From positions 13,990 through 55,148 of the forward strand of contig NMRA01001011.1 of the NCBI GenBank assembly GCA_002633005.1: a stretch of DNA of 41,159 nucleotides, in the 5' to 3' direction. Numbering within the stretch: the first letter of the stretch is position 1; each line of letters starts with the position of its first letter. The stretch is from Phoronis australis (lineage: Eukaryota; Animalia; Phoronida). A model generated the notes under the pieces. It was not told where the DNA came from. It ran no database searches and saw only the letters and a list, made by a program, of their open reading frames with translations. Positions 23,132 to 35,097 of this stretch are shown piece after piece. The position numbers and the translations under genes were made by a program.

Positions 23132-25639
23132 TGCATCATCCCACTAATAGATACCTACATTCCAAATTTTATGAAAATCTGTTCAAAACCTTTGAAGACA
23201 CAGAGGTAAATATAAAAAAAATTGCCACTAGGAGGCACTGCAGTAGTCAGATCCGTCCAAAAGTCGTGGTCATCTGTAGTCAACATCATATGAATATACT
23301 TGCAAAATTTAGTACAGATCCTGTAAATGGTTTAGGATATAAAGACAGGAGTGCAATAAATAACAAAACAATCAATAGGGGGCGCCAAACTAGTCAAAGA
23401 TATCGGAAAATCAGCACGAGCCATCTTCTTCAGAGTAGAAACATACATGCCAATTTTCACAATCATCCTTAGAGTCGTTTGGTTGATAGAGGAGTGGACA
23501 CCAAAGAACAGACTCGAAAACAAAACAAGAGCAACGCTTAGCGTCGAGATGCACTCACGAATGCACTGCAAACCGTGTGTTTCTAGAGTTGTTTATTTCT
23601 ATCATAAAAATAACCACTAGATGGGGCAAAACGTCCAATACATCTAAAAACAGAACATACCATCACTTCTTCAATAGAGAGCTATTTACCAAATTTCATG
23701 AAAATCTTCAAGGAACTTCAGAGAAACAAAGGAAAACCAAAAAAAAGAAATTGCCACAAGGGGGCAAAGAGTCCACTGAAAGTTGTCGTCTATTGTTAGC
23801 TTCATATAAATACACTTACTAAGATTAATAAAGATCCTGCAGCGGGTTTAGAAGTTACACCTATTGGCATAAAAAAATTACCACTAGGAGGCGCTACGAT
23901 ATATAAAGTTGTCATCATCAACTGTCCTCATCACATTGAGAACATAAACGCCAATTTTCAAAATCATCCTTAGAATGGTTTAGCTGATGGGGAGCTGGGC
24001 ACTTAAAACAGACTCGAAAACAGTAGAAATGGCCACTAGGTGGCGCAAAATATGCCAAATCCATCCAAAAACGGCAACATAGCGTCATCTCACCAATAGA
24101 TGTCTATATTCCATATTTAATGAAAATCCGTTGAGGACCTTTGAATATACACAGGTAAACGTTAAAAATTAAAATTGCCACCAGGGGCACATTGGTAGTC
24201 AGATCCACGCGAAAATTAACATCATGTAAAAACTTGCTAAGTTTACTAAAGATTCAGCATACGGTTTAGGACATACAACAATGGGCGCAAAAAAAAACTG
24301 CCACTAGGAGGTGCCACAGTGATCGAAAACGTCAGAAAATCATTGCCAGCCATCCCCTTCATAGTAAGAACATACATGCTTATTTTCAGGATCATCCTTG
24401 GAACGGTTTGGTTGATAGAAGGGTAGACGCAAAAAAAACAGACTTAAAAACAGTAACAACAGCGATGCAGAGCATTGAAATGCACCCACGAATGCATCGC
24501 AAATGGTGTGCTTTAGAGTTGTTTATTTGGCCATTGGATGGCGCAAAAATGTACATGGGAATATAGTCATTGCTTCTTTAATAGAAAGCTACACGCCAAT
24601 TTTCATAGAAGTCCATCATGGAACTTCAGAGAAACAAAGGAAAACGGAAAATGAATTTGCCACTAGGGGGCACACTGTTCATAGGATCCGCCTGAAAGTC
24701 GACATTGTCTGTGTTACCTTCATATAAATACACTTACTAACCAAATTTTAAGAAAGATCCTGCCGTGGGTTTAGGACAAACAGCTATGGGCCCAAAACAA
24801 AACAGAACTACCACTAGGAGGCACCACAGTAGTCAATGTTTTCATCGTCAACTGTCTCGTTCACACTGAGAACATATACGCCAATTTTCAAAACCATCCT
24901 TAGAATGATTTGGTTGATGGAAGCTCGGGTAGATGCCATAAAACAGGATAAAAACAGCAAAAATGGCCAATCGGTGGCGCAAAAAACCTCGATTCCATCC
25001 AAAAACAGCAGGACAGCATCATCTCACCAATAGATGCCCGCATTCAAAACTTTATGAAAATCCATTGAGGACCTTTGAAGATACAGAGGTAAACGTAAAA
25101 CTAAAATTGTCACCAGGGGGAACACCAGTAGCCAGATCCATCCCAAAATCATCATCGTCTATTGTCAACATCAAATAAAAACACTTGTTAATTTTAATAA
25201 AGATCCTGCAAACGGTTTTGCAGATACAGCCATGAGTGCAAAAAATGAAACTACCACTAGGAGGCGCAACAGTAGCCGAAGTCATCAGAAAATCATCGTC
25301 GGCCATCCACTTCATAGCAAGAACATATATGCCAATTTTCACAATCATGCTTAGAGCGCTTTGGTTGATAGAGGAGTGCACGCTAAAAAACACTCGAAAA
25401 CATAAAAAATGGCCATTACGTGGCGCAAACTAGGTCAAATCCACCTGAAAACGAAAAGATAGCCTCACCTCACTACCAAGTGCTTGTATGCCAAATAGTA
25501 TAAAAATACGTTGAGGACCTTTGCAGATACAGAGATAAACGTAAACAAATAAAATAGCCACGAAGTGGCAAACCTGAGTAATCAGATCTGTCCAAAAGTC
25601 GCCGCATCGTCCGTTGTCAACATTATATAAATGCACTTA

Positions 25640-27357
25640 CCGTATTCGCTGTAATAACTGTTCATGCCCCAATAAGCACCCCCTCATGTGTTTTCAGACT
25701 TTGCTTAATTAAGCGCCCAGTCCATGACCATGTACGTGCGAAAAATGCTTACCTACAGTCCTAAAATTCTACTGTAACAGTAGCGTCATCAATTTATCAA
25801 TAATATCTGACAGTCCTGAAAAAATTCATTGTTCGCAGAATTTGTAGACAACGAGCCTCGCTGCTATGTTGGTATTTAGCCATGACTATACACTTCAAAC
25901 TTCTGCCATGCCTCAAAACAAACACAAAGTTTTGCTGATCTTGCGAGGACCAGTGGTCTGGCCTTTCAGAACAGATGTAGTGTACTTGTCTACAGAATTA
26001 CTTTGTATTTCCCGCTTTCAACAAGAATCCAAACTTCTTTGTACATGTGAAAACCGCGAATCGAAGACTAATAAAAAGCTTGGCCCTTGTTAAAAGCACG
26101 TGGCCAGGAAGCGCGCACTACATACATGAACCAGTGTCATCAAAGACAGTCGGGAACTATCCATTCATAGCATACCATTGGCAAGAAATGAAAATTGGCA
26201 CTAATTTCCGACAGTTTCTAATACTATAAAAAATGTTTGCGTTATTTTTAAGATGAATTGTTTGATTAACCACAATTGGTGTTTTTAAGCCAAATATCCG
26301 ATAAAATGACCACTGACAATGAATGCTTACACACCCTTACACTGAAAAATAACTGTCATGTACGCATCCAGCCACACGGCGACTAATATGGGCCTTACCG
26401 AGACAAATGTCGAATGTTTTTAGCACATGAGACAGGCAAGTGCTGAATGACAGATGCTCTGGTTTAGGCCTACTGCTTGTGCAAACTTCTTTCGATACAA
26501 TGCACAAGTAGCTTGTTAGATTGCGTGGCTGTGGCCAAATGACGGTCTCTGCTCTGGCAAATGAACTCTGGTGACGCGCACGCGCTCGCTTACTCAATGC
26601 AGAAGAAACTTCAAAACAAACGTCACGTGACAACAACATGTGTGTTCGCCAAGACATTTTTCTCATGTTGCCGATCGTACGTAGATGGCACGATGTAGCG
26701 CAGATTTTTACTCAAACCTGCCTTTAATCCCAGTGGCGGATTTAGGGGGAGGCCAAGGGGGCCATTGCCCCCCCCCCTAACATTCTACCTGATACCATTT
26801 GGGAGTTCGGGTGCGCGCAAGCAGGGGATCGTCGGGAGTCAATAAACAACGCATAGGCCCTGAACAAACTGAGAAACCCCGTTTACTGTTTTTTAGTCAA
26901 CATGTCCAAATTCGAGGCCTCTGCATCCCCACAATTTAGGCTGGGTGCGCGCATCTGCCGAAATTCTGGTTATTCCTGTGCCCTGGCCCCCCCTAACTCA
27001 AAAGCCTGGATCCGCCCCTGAATCCCGACTCCACGGGAGCTTAAAAATCTTACGGCCGCTACTTGGAAAACTTAAGGAGGATTTCAGGTAATTTGTGTGA
27101 GTCAAAATTGTATTCTTATTCAAGCATTCAAGTCGCCATATCGACAATTGCGAGGCAGTCAGTGAGCGAGCTTTTGCCCTGGGATTTCAGCACAATTTTC
27201 TGTAAAATGATGGTAATTTAGCAGCAAAGTTTGATGGCAATGCACCACGGTTTTGTAGCAAGTCTTTCACAGATTACAGATACGTCACAGAGTTAGCGTA
27301 AATGTGATGAATCTTAGCTTACGATTTCACCCATTTTAGAGACCGGGTTTCAACAGC
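25640..27357. mobile_element. Second, inverted and one-end-truncated copy of the 16172-17678 TA-targeting element
   Basis: Starts TA|CCGTATTCGCTGTAATAAC. The interior is the reverse complement of copy 1 (e.g. gagaccgggtttcaacagc vs gctgttgaaacccggtctc at ~16245). The last ~70 bp, including the TIR, are missing. Confidence 0.88.
26731..27020. mobile_element. 290-bp MITE nested in the TA element, 5-bp TSD AATCC (hAT5-like)
   Basis: TIRs CAGTGGCGGATTTAGG ... CCTGGATCCGCCCCTG. aatcc at 26726-26730 and 27021-27025. Absent from copy 1 (empty site ~16570-16587). Confidence 0.92.
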
Positions 27358-28872
27358 GCCCAGTCGTCGGAAAATCATCGTCAACCATCCTCTTCATACT
27401 AAGAACATACATGCCAATTTTCACAATCATGCCTAGAGCGGTTTGGTTGATGGAGGGGTAGACGCTAAAAAACAGGCTTGAAAACAGTAAAAAATGGCCA
27501 CTAGGTGACGCAAACTACATAAACTCCATACGAAAACAAAAGGCTATCGTCGTCTCACTAATAGATGCCCGTATACCAAAGTTTGTGAAAATACGTTGAG
27601 TACCTCCGAAGATACAGAGGTGAGCATAAAAAACTAAAATTGCCACCAGGGGACACACCCGTAGTCGGAGAGGTCCGAAATTTGTAATCATCTGTCGTCA
27701 GCTTCATAGGAACACATCTGCGAAATCTCATCAAGATCCTGCCAGAGGTTTAGGAGATAGAGCTGCGGACGCCGGACGCCCAGACAGAGATGACGGCAAT
27801 ATGCAACCACATATATATGTCGGTGCATATAAATGGCAACTTAAGGTGGTGCAAAATACCTCGAACCCATCCGAAAACGGGAGGATATCGTCATCTCAAT
27901 TATACATGCCTATCTGCCAAGTTTTATGAAAATCATTTCAGGACCTTTGAAGATACAAAGGTAAACGTAAAAAACTACAATTGACACTAGGGGGCGCAAC
28001 TGTACACCGATCGATGCGAAAGTCCTTGTCGTTCCATGTCAACATCATATAAATATACTTGCTACATTTAATAAAGGATCCTGTTAACGGTTTAGGAGAT
28101 GCAGCTATGAGTGCAAAAAAAAACAAAACTGCCACTAGGAGGTGCCACAGTAGTCAAAGTTGTCGGAAAATCCTTGTTATCCGCCCTCTTTACACTAAGA
28201 ACACATATGCCAATTTTCAAAATCATACCCAGAGTGGTTTGGTTGATAGAAGGGCCGACGCTAAAAAACAGACTCAAAAACAGTAAACATGGCCACTAGG
28301 TGGCACAATGAACCTCGAATCCACCCAAAAACGAGGGGATGGTATCATCCCACTAATAGATGCCCAACTGCTAAATTTGATGAAAATCCGTTGACGATCT
28401 CCAAAGATACAGAGGCAAGCGTAAAATACTACAAGAGGAACCCTGAGTGTTGAAATGCATCGCAAATGGTGTGCATTTAGGGTTGTTTGTGTCATAAAAA
28501 TGGCCACTAGATGGCGCAACAACGTACAATCCATCCGAAAACAGGACATGTCATTGCTTCTTAAATAGAAAGCTTTTACACCAAATTTCATAGAAATCCA
28601 TCATGGAACTGCAGAGAAACAAACGAAAACAGAATAAAATGAAATTGCCACTTACGGGGATCTGCCTGAAAGTCGTCATTGTCTGTTGTTAGCTTCATAT
28701 ACATACACCTGCAAATTAAATTTGATAAAGATTCTGCAACGGGTTTAGGAGATACAGATGCCCGAACTCAAAATTTTATGAAACTCCGTTGAGAACCTTT
28801 GAAGATACAGAGGTAAATGTAAAATTAAAATTGCCACCAGGGGCACACCAACAGCCAATTTCATGAAGATGC

Positions 28873-31210
28873 CCAGGTGAGAATTTTACACATTTGACAA
28901 GGTCTGAAAACATGGAGTATTAAAACAGTGTGTCAAACATGTAAAACGTGGCATGTGAAATGTGTAAAATGTAGCATCAAACGTGTAAAATGTAGCGTGT
29001 CAAACGTGGCCAAAAACGTGTACTTTTCGTTCCAATAATAATCCACGTTTGACATGTTTAGCGTGTCAAACGTGGCGCTTTTGCCACGCTAGCGTGTAAA
29101 ATGTGGCGCTTTGCCACGCTAGCCCGTAATCTGTGTCATTGCCATGGTAGCGACCCCACATTTAGCCTGAGGCCGTGGACAAGCCATAATGTTCTTGTTT
29201 ATAGCAGTTCACCATGCACCAAGGGAATCCATACTGAAAGCAAATGTATCAAGGGATTTCTTCTTTAAAGACCTGGTCGCACGTGTTGTTAACCCTTATT
29301 ACATGGTTAGAGGATGTTATAAGGATCCAAGAAGTACCTACCCCATAACTAATACACAACCTGTACTCGCGCCACTCACGATTCGCACCCGAAGAACCAC
29401 CGCTATTTTGAACTTGCCGCGAACCCGGAAGTACAATTCATTCAGGAACCCAGGCCAAGAAAACGCCGTCAGTGCGACCAGAGCAGTGCCTGCAAACGGG
29501 TATAAAATAATCGACAACACGCCTTAATTTTAATGACATCAAATTCAGACAATTTTATTGAATTGGCTGAAGAAATGAGGCAAATAAATTTTGACAGAAA
29601 TTATTTTGCCAGACTCGGGACCGCAGCCTATCGGACCCGGTGCGGATCGAGACCAGACACTGGCGAACGTTAAATTCATGCGATTGCAAGCTGTTTTGTT
29701 GAAGTAAAATGTTCAAATCATAAATGCCGCATATATTCAAGGGTAGTTTCAGACACTTGCATGAAATTACGGGCTGGTTAGTCCTGTGTCACACTGCCGC
29801 GGCAGACCTTAGCTAGCCTACAAGACAGTGAAGACTATAGTCAAAATACAGCTTGTTAGTAGGCTTATACAGCTTTGTGCCAAGGCTACCCTTAGGCCTA
29901 ACTGGTTGCTGGCCACAGTGCTTGCTCAAACAAGGTTTATTTAGAACTTGGTACTTCTGGCGAACTGTGCAAAGTTGTTGGCTTTCAATAGATATTTGCC
30001 CAGACTTTGTATGAGCGCACCAAGCCTAAAAGAATGGGGGGCTGGAATTTTTGGGAACGTCTATCTTTTATCATAAGATTCAGAGGGTATGTTCAGAGCT
30101 ATGAATTGCAGACGCTAAATTTTGGTATTTCCTGTCTTCTAGTGGAATATTGTCTCACTTTCTACTTTTTTCGGAATTCGTGCTTCTCTGACTGAGGCAG
30201 ACCTTTTTCCAGTTCTCCAAAAAGGGGGCTCATTCAAGCACATAAGTATGACAAGTCCAATACAAAATGTTATCATTTTTTATTCATTAACCCAAAATGA
30301 TTCAAACTTTTAACATAATAAGTAACTTAAAATGCACAATACTTTACAACATTTAGCATTACAAACTTAAACACTACTCAACAGCAACAGTTTCCATGAT
30401 ATGAAAGTGGACATACATGTAACTANAAACCTCTACACACAATGTCTTATCCTCATTCAAGCCTACACAAAATGTGAGTTGATCCTATAACAACAATTAT
30501 GAATTGATATACTACTGAAGATGAGAGGCGTTCCAACTTCATATATTACCTGCACAGTCAACAGTTTCTACTGACTCGTGTTTTCTGTTACAACCCAACT
30601 TACCTGTTTAAAAGAAGGACCATTCGCAAGAAAATTTTATCAAGCTACTGTCAACCACAGTATATACATAGCATTCTTCTGTTAGAGCTGCATCACACTT
30701 GAAAACCATGCTTCATAAGTGCTCTCCTGAGACGACTGCACTCTCTGACAGCTAAACCAACTCTAACTCAGTATTTGGAAATTTGAAAAGGCAGTGAAAT
30801 CTTTTGTTGCAAATTCTTTCATGTTATTAAGGGCACATGTTTAGTCATTCAAATTGGGTGATTACCTCCCAGGGACCTTTTCAGAACTGCCAACCCTATT
30901 TAAATTGTATCTTTATTGAAGAGTTCTATCATATTTAACACGTTTGACACGCTACCATCTCAAAATTTTACACGTTTGACACACTAGCATGTCACATTTT
31001 ACACGTTTGATATATCGGCATGGAAAATTTTACACGTCTGACATGCTACAGTGGCAAATTTTACACGTTTGACATGCTAGCGTGGCACATTATTACACAA
31101 CTGACAAACGATCGTGTAAAATTTTAAACGTTTAACACCCAAGTGTGTCATGTTTTTACACGATTTTTACACCTTTGACACACTCAAGAGCGTGTAAAAT
31201 TCTCACCTGG
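28873..31210. mobile_element. ~2.3-kb non-autonomous TIR element with inverted subterminal repeat arrays (CACTA/EnSpm-like architecture)
   Basis: Perfect 19-bp TIR CCAGGTGAGAATTTTACAC ... GTGTAAAATTCTCACCTGG. Repeated tgtcaaacgtgtaaaa-like units at ~28925-29125 and the inverted ttttacacgtttgaca at ~30935-31200. No clear TSD and no transposase recognised. Confidence 0.8.
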
Positions 31211-31233
31211 CTCTCGTCCCGTTTCATTTTGCT

Positions 31234-31272
31234 TGCGGCTGCCAAGGAGGGCCCGAGCCCCCTGGGCCCCCC
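31234..31272 (+). mobile_element. Fragment of the right subterminal region of the 7500-8492 MITE family
   Basis: tgcggctgccaaggagggcccgagccccctgggcccccc closely matches 8438-8478 tgcggcagccaagggggggcccgggccccctgggcccccc. Confidence 0.65.
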
Positions 31273-32735
31273 AGACAATCATCCTTAGAGCCATTTGGTT
31301 GATAGAGGGGTGGATGCCAAAATTCAGACAAGAAAACAGTAAAAATGGCCACTAAGTGATGCAAACTACGTCAAATCCATACGAAAATGGGATGTTACCG
31401 TTATCTGACTAATAGATGCCTATATGCCAAATTTTATGACAATACATTGACGACCTTTGAAGATACAGAGGTAAATGTAAAAAATTGAAATTGCCACTAG
31501 GGGGCACACCGGTAGTCAGATCCATCCGAAATTCGTCGTCATCCATTGCCAACATCATATTAGTACACTTGCTAAATTTAATAAAAATCCTGCAATCGGT
31601 TTAGGAGATACAGCCATGGGTGTAAAAAAAACTGCCACTAGCAGGCACCACTGAAGACGAAATCGTTAGAAAATCATCATCTGCCGTCCTCTTCATAGTA
31701 AGAAAATACATGCCAATTTTCACAATCATCCTCAGAGGGGTTTGTTTGATAGAGGGGTTTGTTTGATAGAGGGGTTTACGCTAAAAAACAAACTCGAAAA
31801 CAGCAAAAAATGGCCACTAGGTGTTGCAAACTACGTTATATTCATCTGAAAATGGGATGATAGCGTCATCAGACCAATAGATGCCTATATTTCAATTTTA
31901 TGAAAATACAATGAGAACCTTTATACGGAGGTAAACACAAAATACTAAAATTGCTACTAGGAGGCGCACCGGCAGTTCCATCCATGAGAAAGTCGTCATC
32001 GTCTGTTGTCAACATTATATAAATACCTCCTTGTTAAATTTAGTAAAAATCCTGCAAACGGTTTAATAGATACAGCCATTGGTGCAAAAAACTGCCAATA
32101 GGAGGCACCACAGTAGTCGCAGTCATCAGAAAATCATCGTCAGCCATCCCTTTCATATTAGGAATATTCATGCCAATTTTCACAATCATCTTTAAAGCGG
32201 TTTGCTTGACAAAGGAGTGGATACCAAAAACAGACTCGAAAATAGTAAAAATGGCCACTAGGTGGTGGAAAATACCATCCGAAAATGGGAGGATAGCGTC
32301 ATCTCACAAACAGATGCTTATATTCCAAATTTTATGAAAATACATTGAGGACTTTTGAAGGTACAGGTAAAAATAAAAAAACTAAAATTGCCACTAGGGG
32401 GCACACCAGTAGTCAGATCCCTCCGAAAGTTGCTCATGCCCTCCCATCTACGAAAGGAACATATGTGCAAAATTTCATGAACATACATCAATCGGTTTAG
32501 GAGATACAGCCATGAGCGCGAAAAAATGTCAATAGGGAGGCACCACAGTAGTTGAAGTCATCGCCAAGTCGTATTGCCAGCCACCCTTTAGTCGTCAAAA
32601 TCATTGTCAACTTTTCTCTCCACACTACGAGCATACATGCCAATTTTCAAAATCATCCTTAGATTGGTTTGATTGATTGAGTAGCCAATGCCAAAAAACA
32701 GACTCAAAAACAGTAAAAATGGTCACTAGAATGTG

Positions 32736-32858
32736 AGGCAGTAGGAAGCGGGGGGGCCGGGGAGGGAGGGAGGGGGGTGGGGGGTGACGATACCAAGGGG
32801 ATAGCTTGGCAACGTCAAATTGGTTTGTGCCCCCCCAATGATTTTTTCCTTCCTACGG
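32736..32858. mobile_element. Short decayed GC-rich MITE-like remnant with G-tracts
   Basis: Inverted GTAGGAAG (32741-48) / CTTCCTAC (32849-56) with gggggggc ... gccccccc inside. It interrupts an array monomer. Confidence 0.4.
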
Positions 32859-33409
32859 GAGTACAACATCATATCACTAGTAGATGCCCATATGCCAAAT
32901 TTATAAAAATCTGTACAGAACCTTTGAAGATACAGAGGTAAACGTAAAATTGCGCACTGGTGATCAGAACCATCCGAAAGGAACACAGGAGTAAAATTTT
33001 ATGAACATACATCAAAGGGATTTGGAGATAGAGCAGCGGACGCCAGACGAACGCTGGACCGACAGACAGGAATAAAGGCATAATGCGTCCACGTATAAAT
33101 ATACGGGTGCAAAAAAATACAGACTGTCAGCAGCCACAGCCACAGCCAGAGATACCAACATTCATGAATCTGCCTGATTTCTAAACTATTCGCTTGACAA
33201 ATACAGAGGTGCAGAATGTCTCTTACCTCTCTAATGCCAGTGGAACACAGCTGCGTTATCAACTCAGGCCAAAAACTGAAAATAAAGAGACGTTCTGAAG
33301 TGACAGGACTAAATGAGAATCTGATTGTGAACATAGAAAATTTTAGCACTATTGGCAGATGTGCATCAACAGTCCTGTAAAACTTGAAAACTGTCACTGA
33401 ACATTGATA

Positions 33410-33525
33410 AAAGGCTTGAGCCTGTGAGTGAGTGCTTCACCGAAATGTGCAAAATGCCACTACACATCTGCCAGTATGCCTGATGTTGAGAAGCACCAGC
33501 ATCAAGGACCACCCACAGGTGCACT
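33410..33525 (-). pseudogene. BIRC6: Possible heavily decayed next BIRC6 exon remnant
   Basis: Frame-mixed SAPVGG / LVLLN / FGEALTHRLKPF resembles the recalled downstream BIRC6 segment (GGSVYWYFVLLN...LQDRLTP). Confidence 0.35.
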
Positions 33526-33659
33526 TAAAAGGGAACTGTATTTTATTCTGAATAAATTTTGGATATTTTCTATGAGCTGTTGATTAATTCCACAAATAAT
33601 TCAACATCAAAAAGTAAACTTAAGGCGATTTTTTTTTAAACGAGCCTATCTTATTTAGT

Positions 33660-35030
33660 CTCAAAGTGTGCGGAACGGTTCCGCACTTTTTTTATATCCA
33701 TTTAGGGCCATAAAAATGGTATGAAACAAATCTATACCGTACCCTAAACATGTTTAGAATGTTACACTTTTATTTCCTCTATTAGCATTTTCTTAATTAG
33801 AAGCTCAATTTCGCACTGACTGCGTAATATTCCGCACTTGCAGAATACTGTACAAATTTTGTGGAATACTGTGCTTGAGAAATATTATGCATATTTTGTG
33901 GAATAATAATCAAAATAATGATTTATTTTTAAAAATCAATGTGACAGTTGCAGAAGGGTTCCACAAACAGGAAAGTTTAACACAGGACTAAATTTTTTAA
34001 TTTTCTCCTGGCCAAATGAACATGAATTACATTCCATTGTCAATAACATTTGAAAGTATAATGTGCCCACTCTCAATAATTAATCAATGTGACATTTGCA
34101 GAATGGTTCCACATGCGGAACGGAATAGTTTTTTGGAGCACTCAATTTTTTTAATTCTCATACCCAATAGAGTTAAAATGCATTCCACAATCAATACCAC
34201 TTGAAAGTATCAATGTGACAATCCTAATAATTATTAGTTGATCAATGTGACAGTTGCGGAACCGTTCCGCATGCAGAACCATTCCGCAAACAACAGTTTT
34301 GTGAGCTTACAATTTTTCAAAAAATTTTTCTTACACATTTCAGTTGAAATATATTCTATTCTCAATAACACATAAAAACATCAATGTGTCAACATGAACA
34401 ATGATTAATCAGTGGGGAACTTGCTGAATGATTTGTGATGCAGAAACCTACCTCAAGCAGCCTCGGTAAAAATTGACATCTTGTCTATGCCATTTTACAA
34501 CTTTTAGTAGAGCCTTAGCACAAGCCACGAAATATTCAAATCTTAACATGCAACAAGCATTAAACAAAAGTATCAGAATTTCTACCCTAACAATTATTAA
34601 TTAATAAAAGTGACAGTTGCGGAACCGTTTTGCATGGGGATGGATTTCCCAAACAGAATGGTTTTGCGGGGTATTTGTTTTGTCCAATCAACTTAAAGCG
34701 CATTCCATTATCAATGCCACTTAAAAGTATCAATGTGACAATCCTAACAATAATTAGTTGATAAATGTGACAGTTGCGGAACCGTTCTGCATGCGTAACC
34801 GTTCTGCAGCCAATACTTTTGTGGAGCTCACAATTTTTAAAAAAATTTCTTGCACATTTAAGTAGAAATAAATTCTATTCTCAATAACACATGAAAATAT
34901 AAATTTGTCAATGATTAATCAGCGGGGAACTTGCTGAATGATTTGTAATGCAGAAGCCTACCTCAAGCAGACTCGTAAAAAGTGACATCTTGTCTATGCC
35001 ATTTTACAACTTTTAGTAGAACCTTGATAA
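33660..35030. repeat. Repeat region with recurrent palindrome TGCGGAAC-N-GTTCCGCA and a ~520-bp-offset tandem duplication (probable non-autonomous TE in an intron)
   Basis: aatgtgacagttgcggaaccgttccgca-like units at ~33938, 34086, 34244, 34608 and 34764. About 34180-34515 is duplicated at ~34700-35025. Confidence 0.7.
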
Positions 35031-35097
35031 TGTGAGCAGTTCTACAAGTACCCTTAGTTCCTAAGAAGGGTCGACAAGTCGATTGGAGAGTACTCAC

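Larger units (their letters stand above)
2891..33117 (+). repeat. Long tandem array of diverged ~140-160-bp monomers (A-B-C trimers, ~450 bp) with kb-scale higher-order duplications; HINE/DINE-1/pearl-like architecture; interrupted by TE insertions
   Basis: Recurrent blocks: ccaaattttatgaaaatc, gatcctgcaaatggtttaggagatacagc, ccaattttcacaatcatccttagag..gtttggttgatagaggggtgga. Cores cycle at ~31347, 31491, 31632, 31811, 31951, 32092, 32252, 32388. About 3780-5570 is duplicated at ~5570-7330 and ~10765-12530. Confidence 0.93.

Noticed and set aside
29189-29527. 112-aa ORF in the TIR element (also 36662-37000, intronic)
   Set aside because: No recognisable motif or supporting gene structure; length is compatible with chance.
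33660-35030. Spaced palindromes as a CRISPR array
   Set aside because: Repeats are degenerate, spacers are ~130 bp and partly duplicated, and there are no cas genes.
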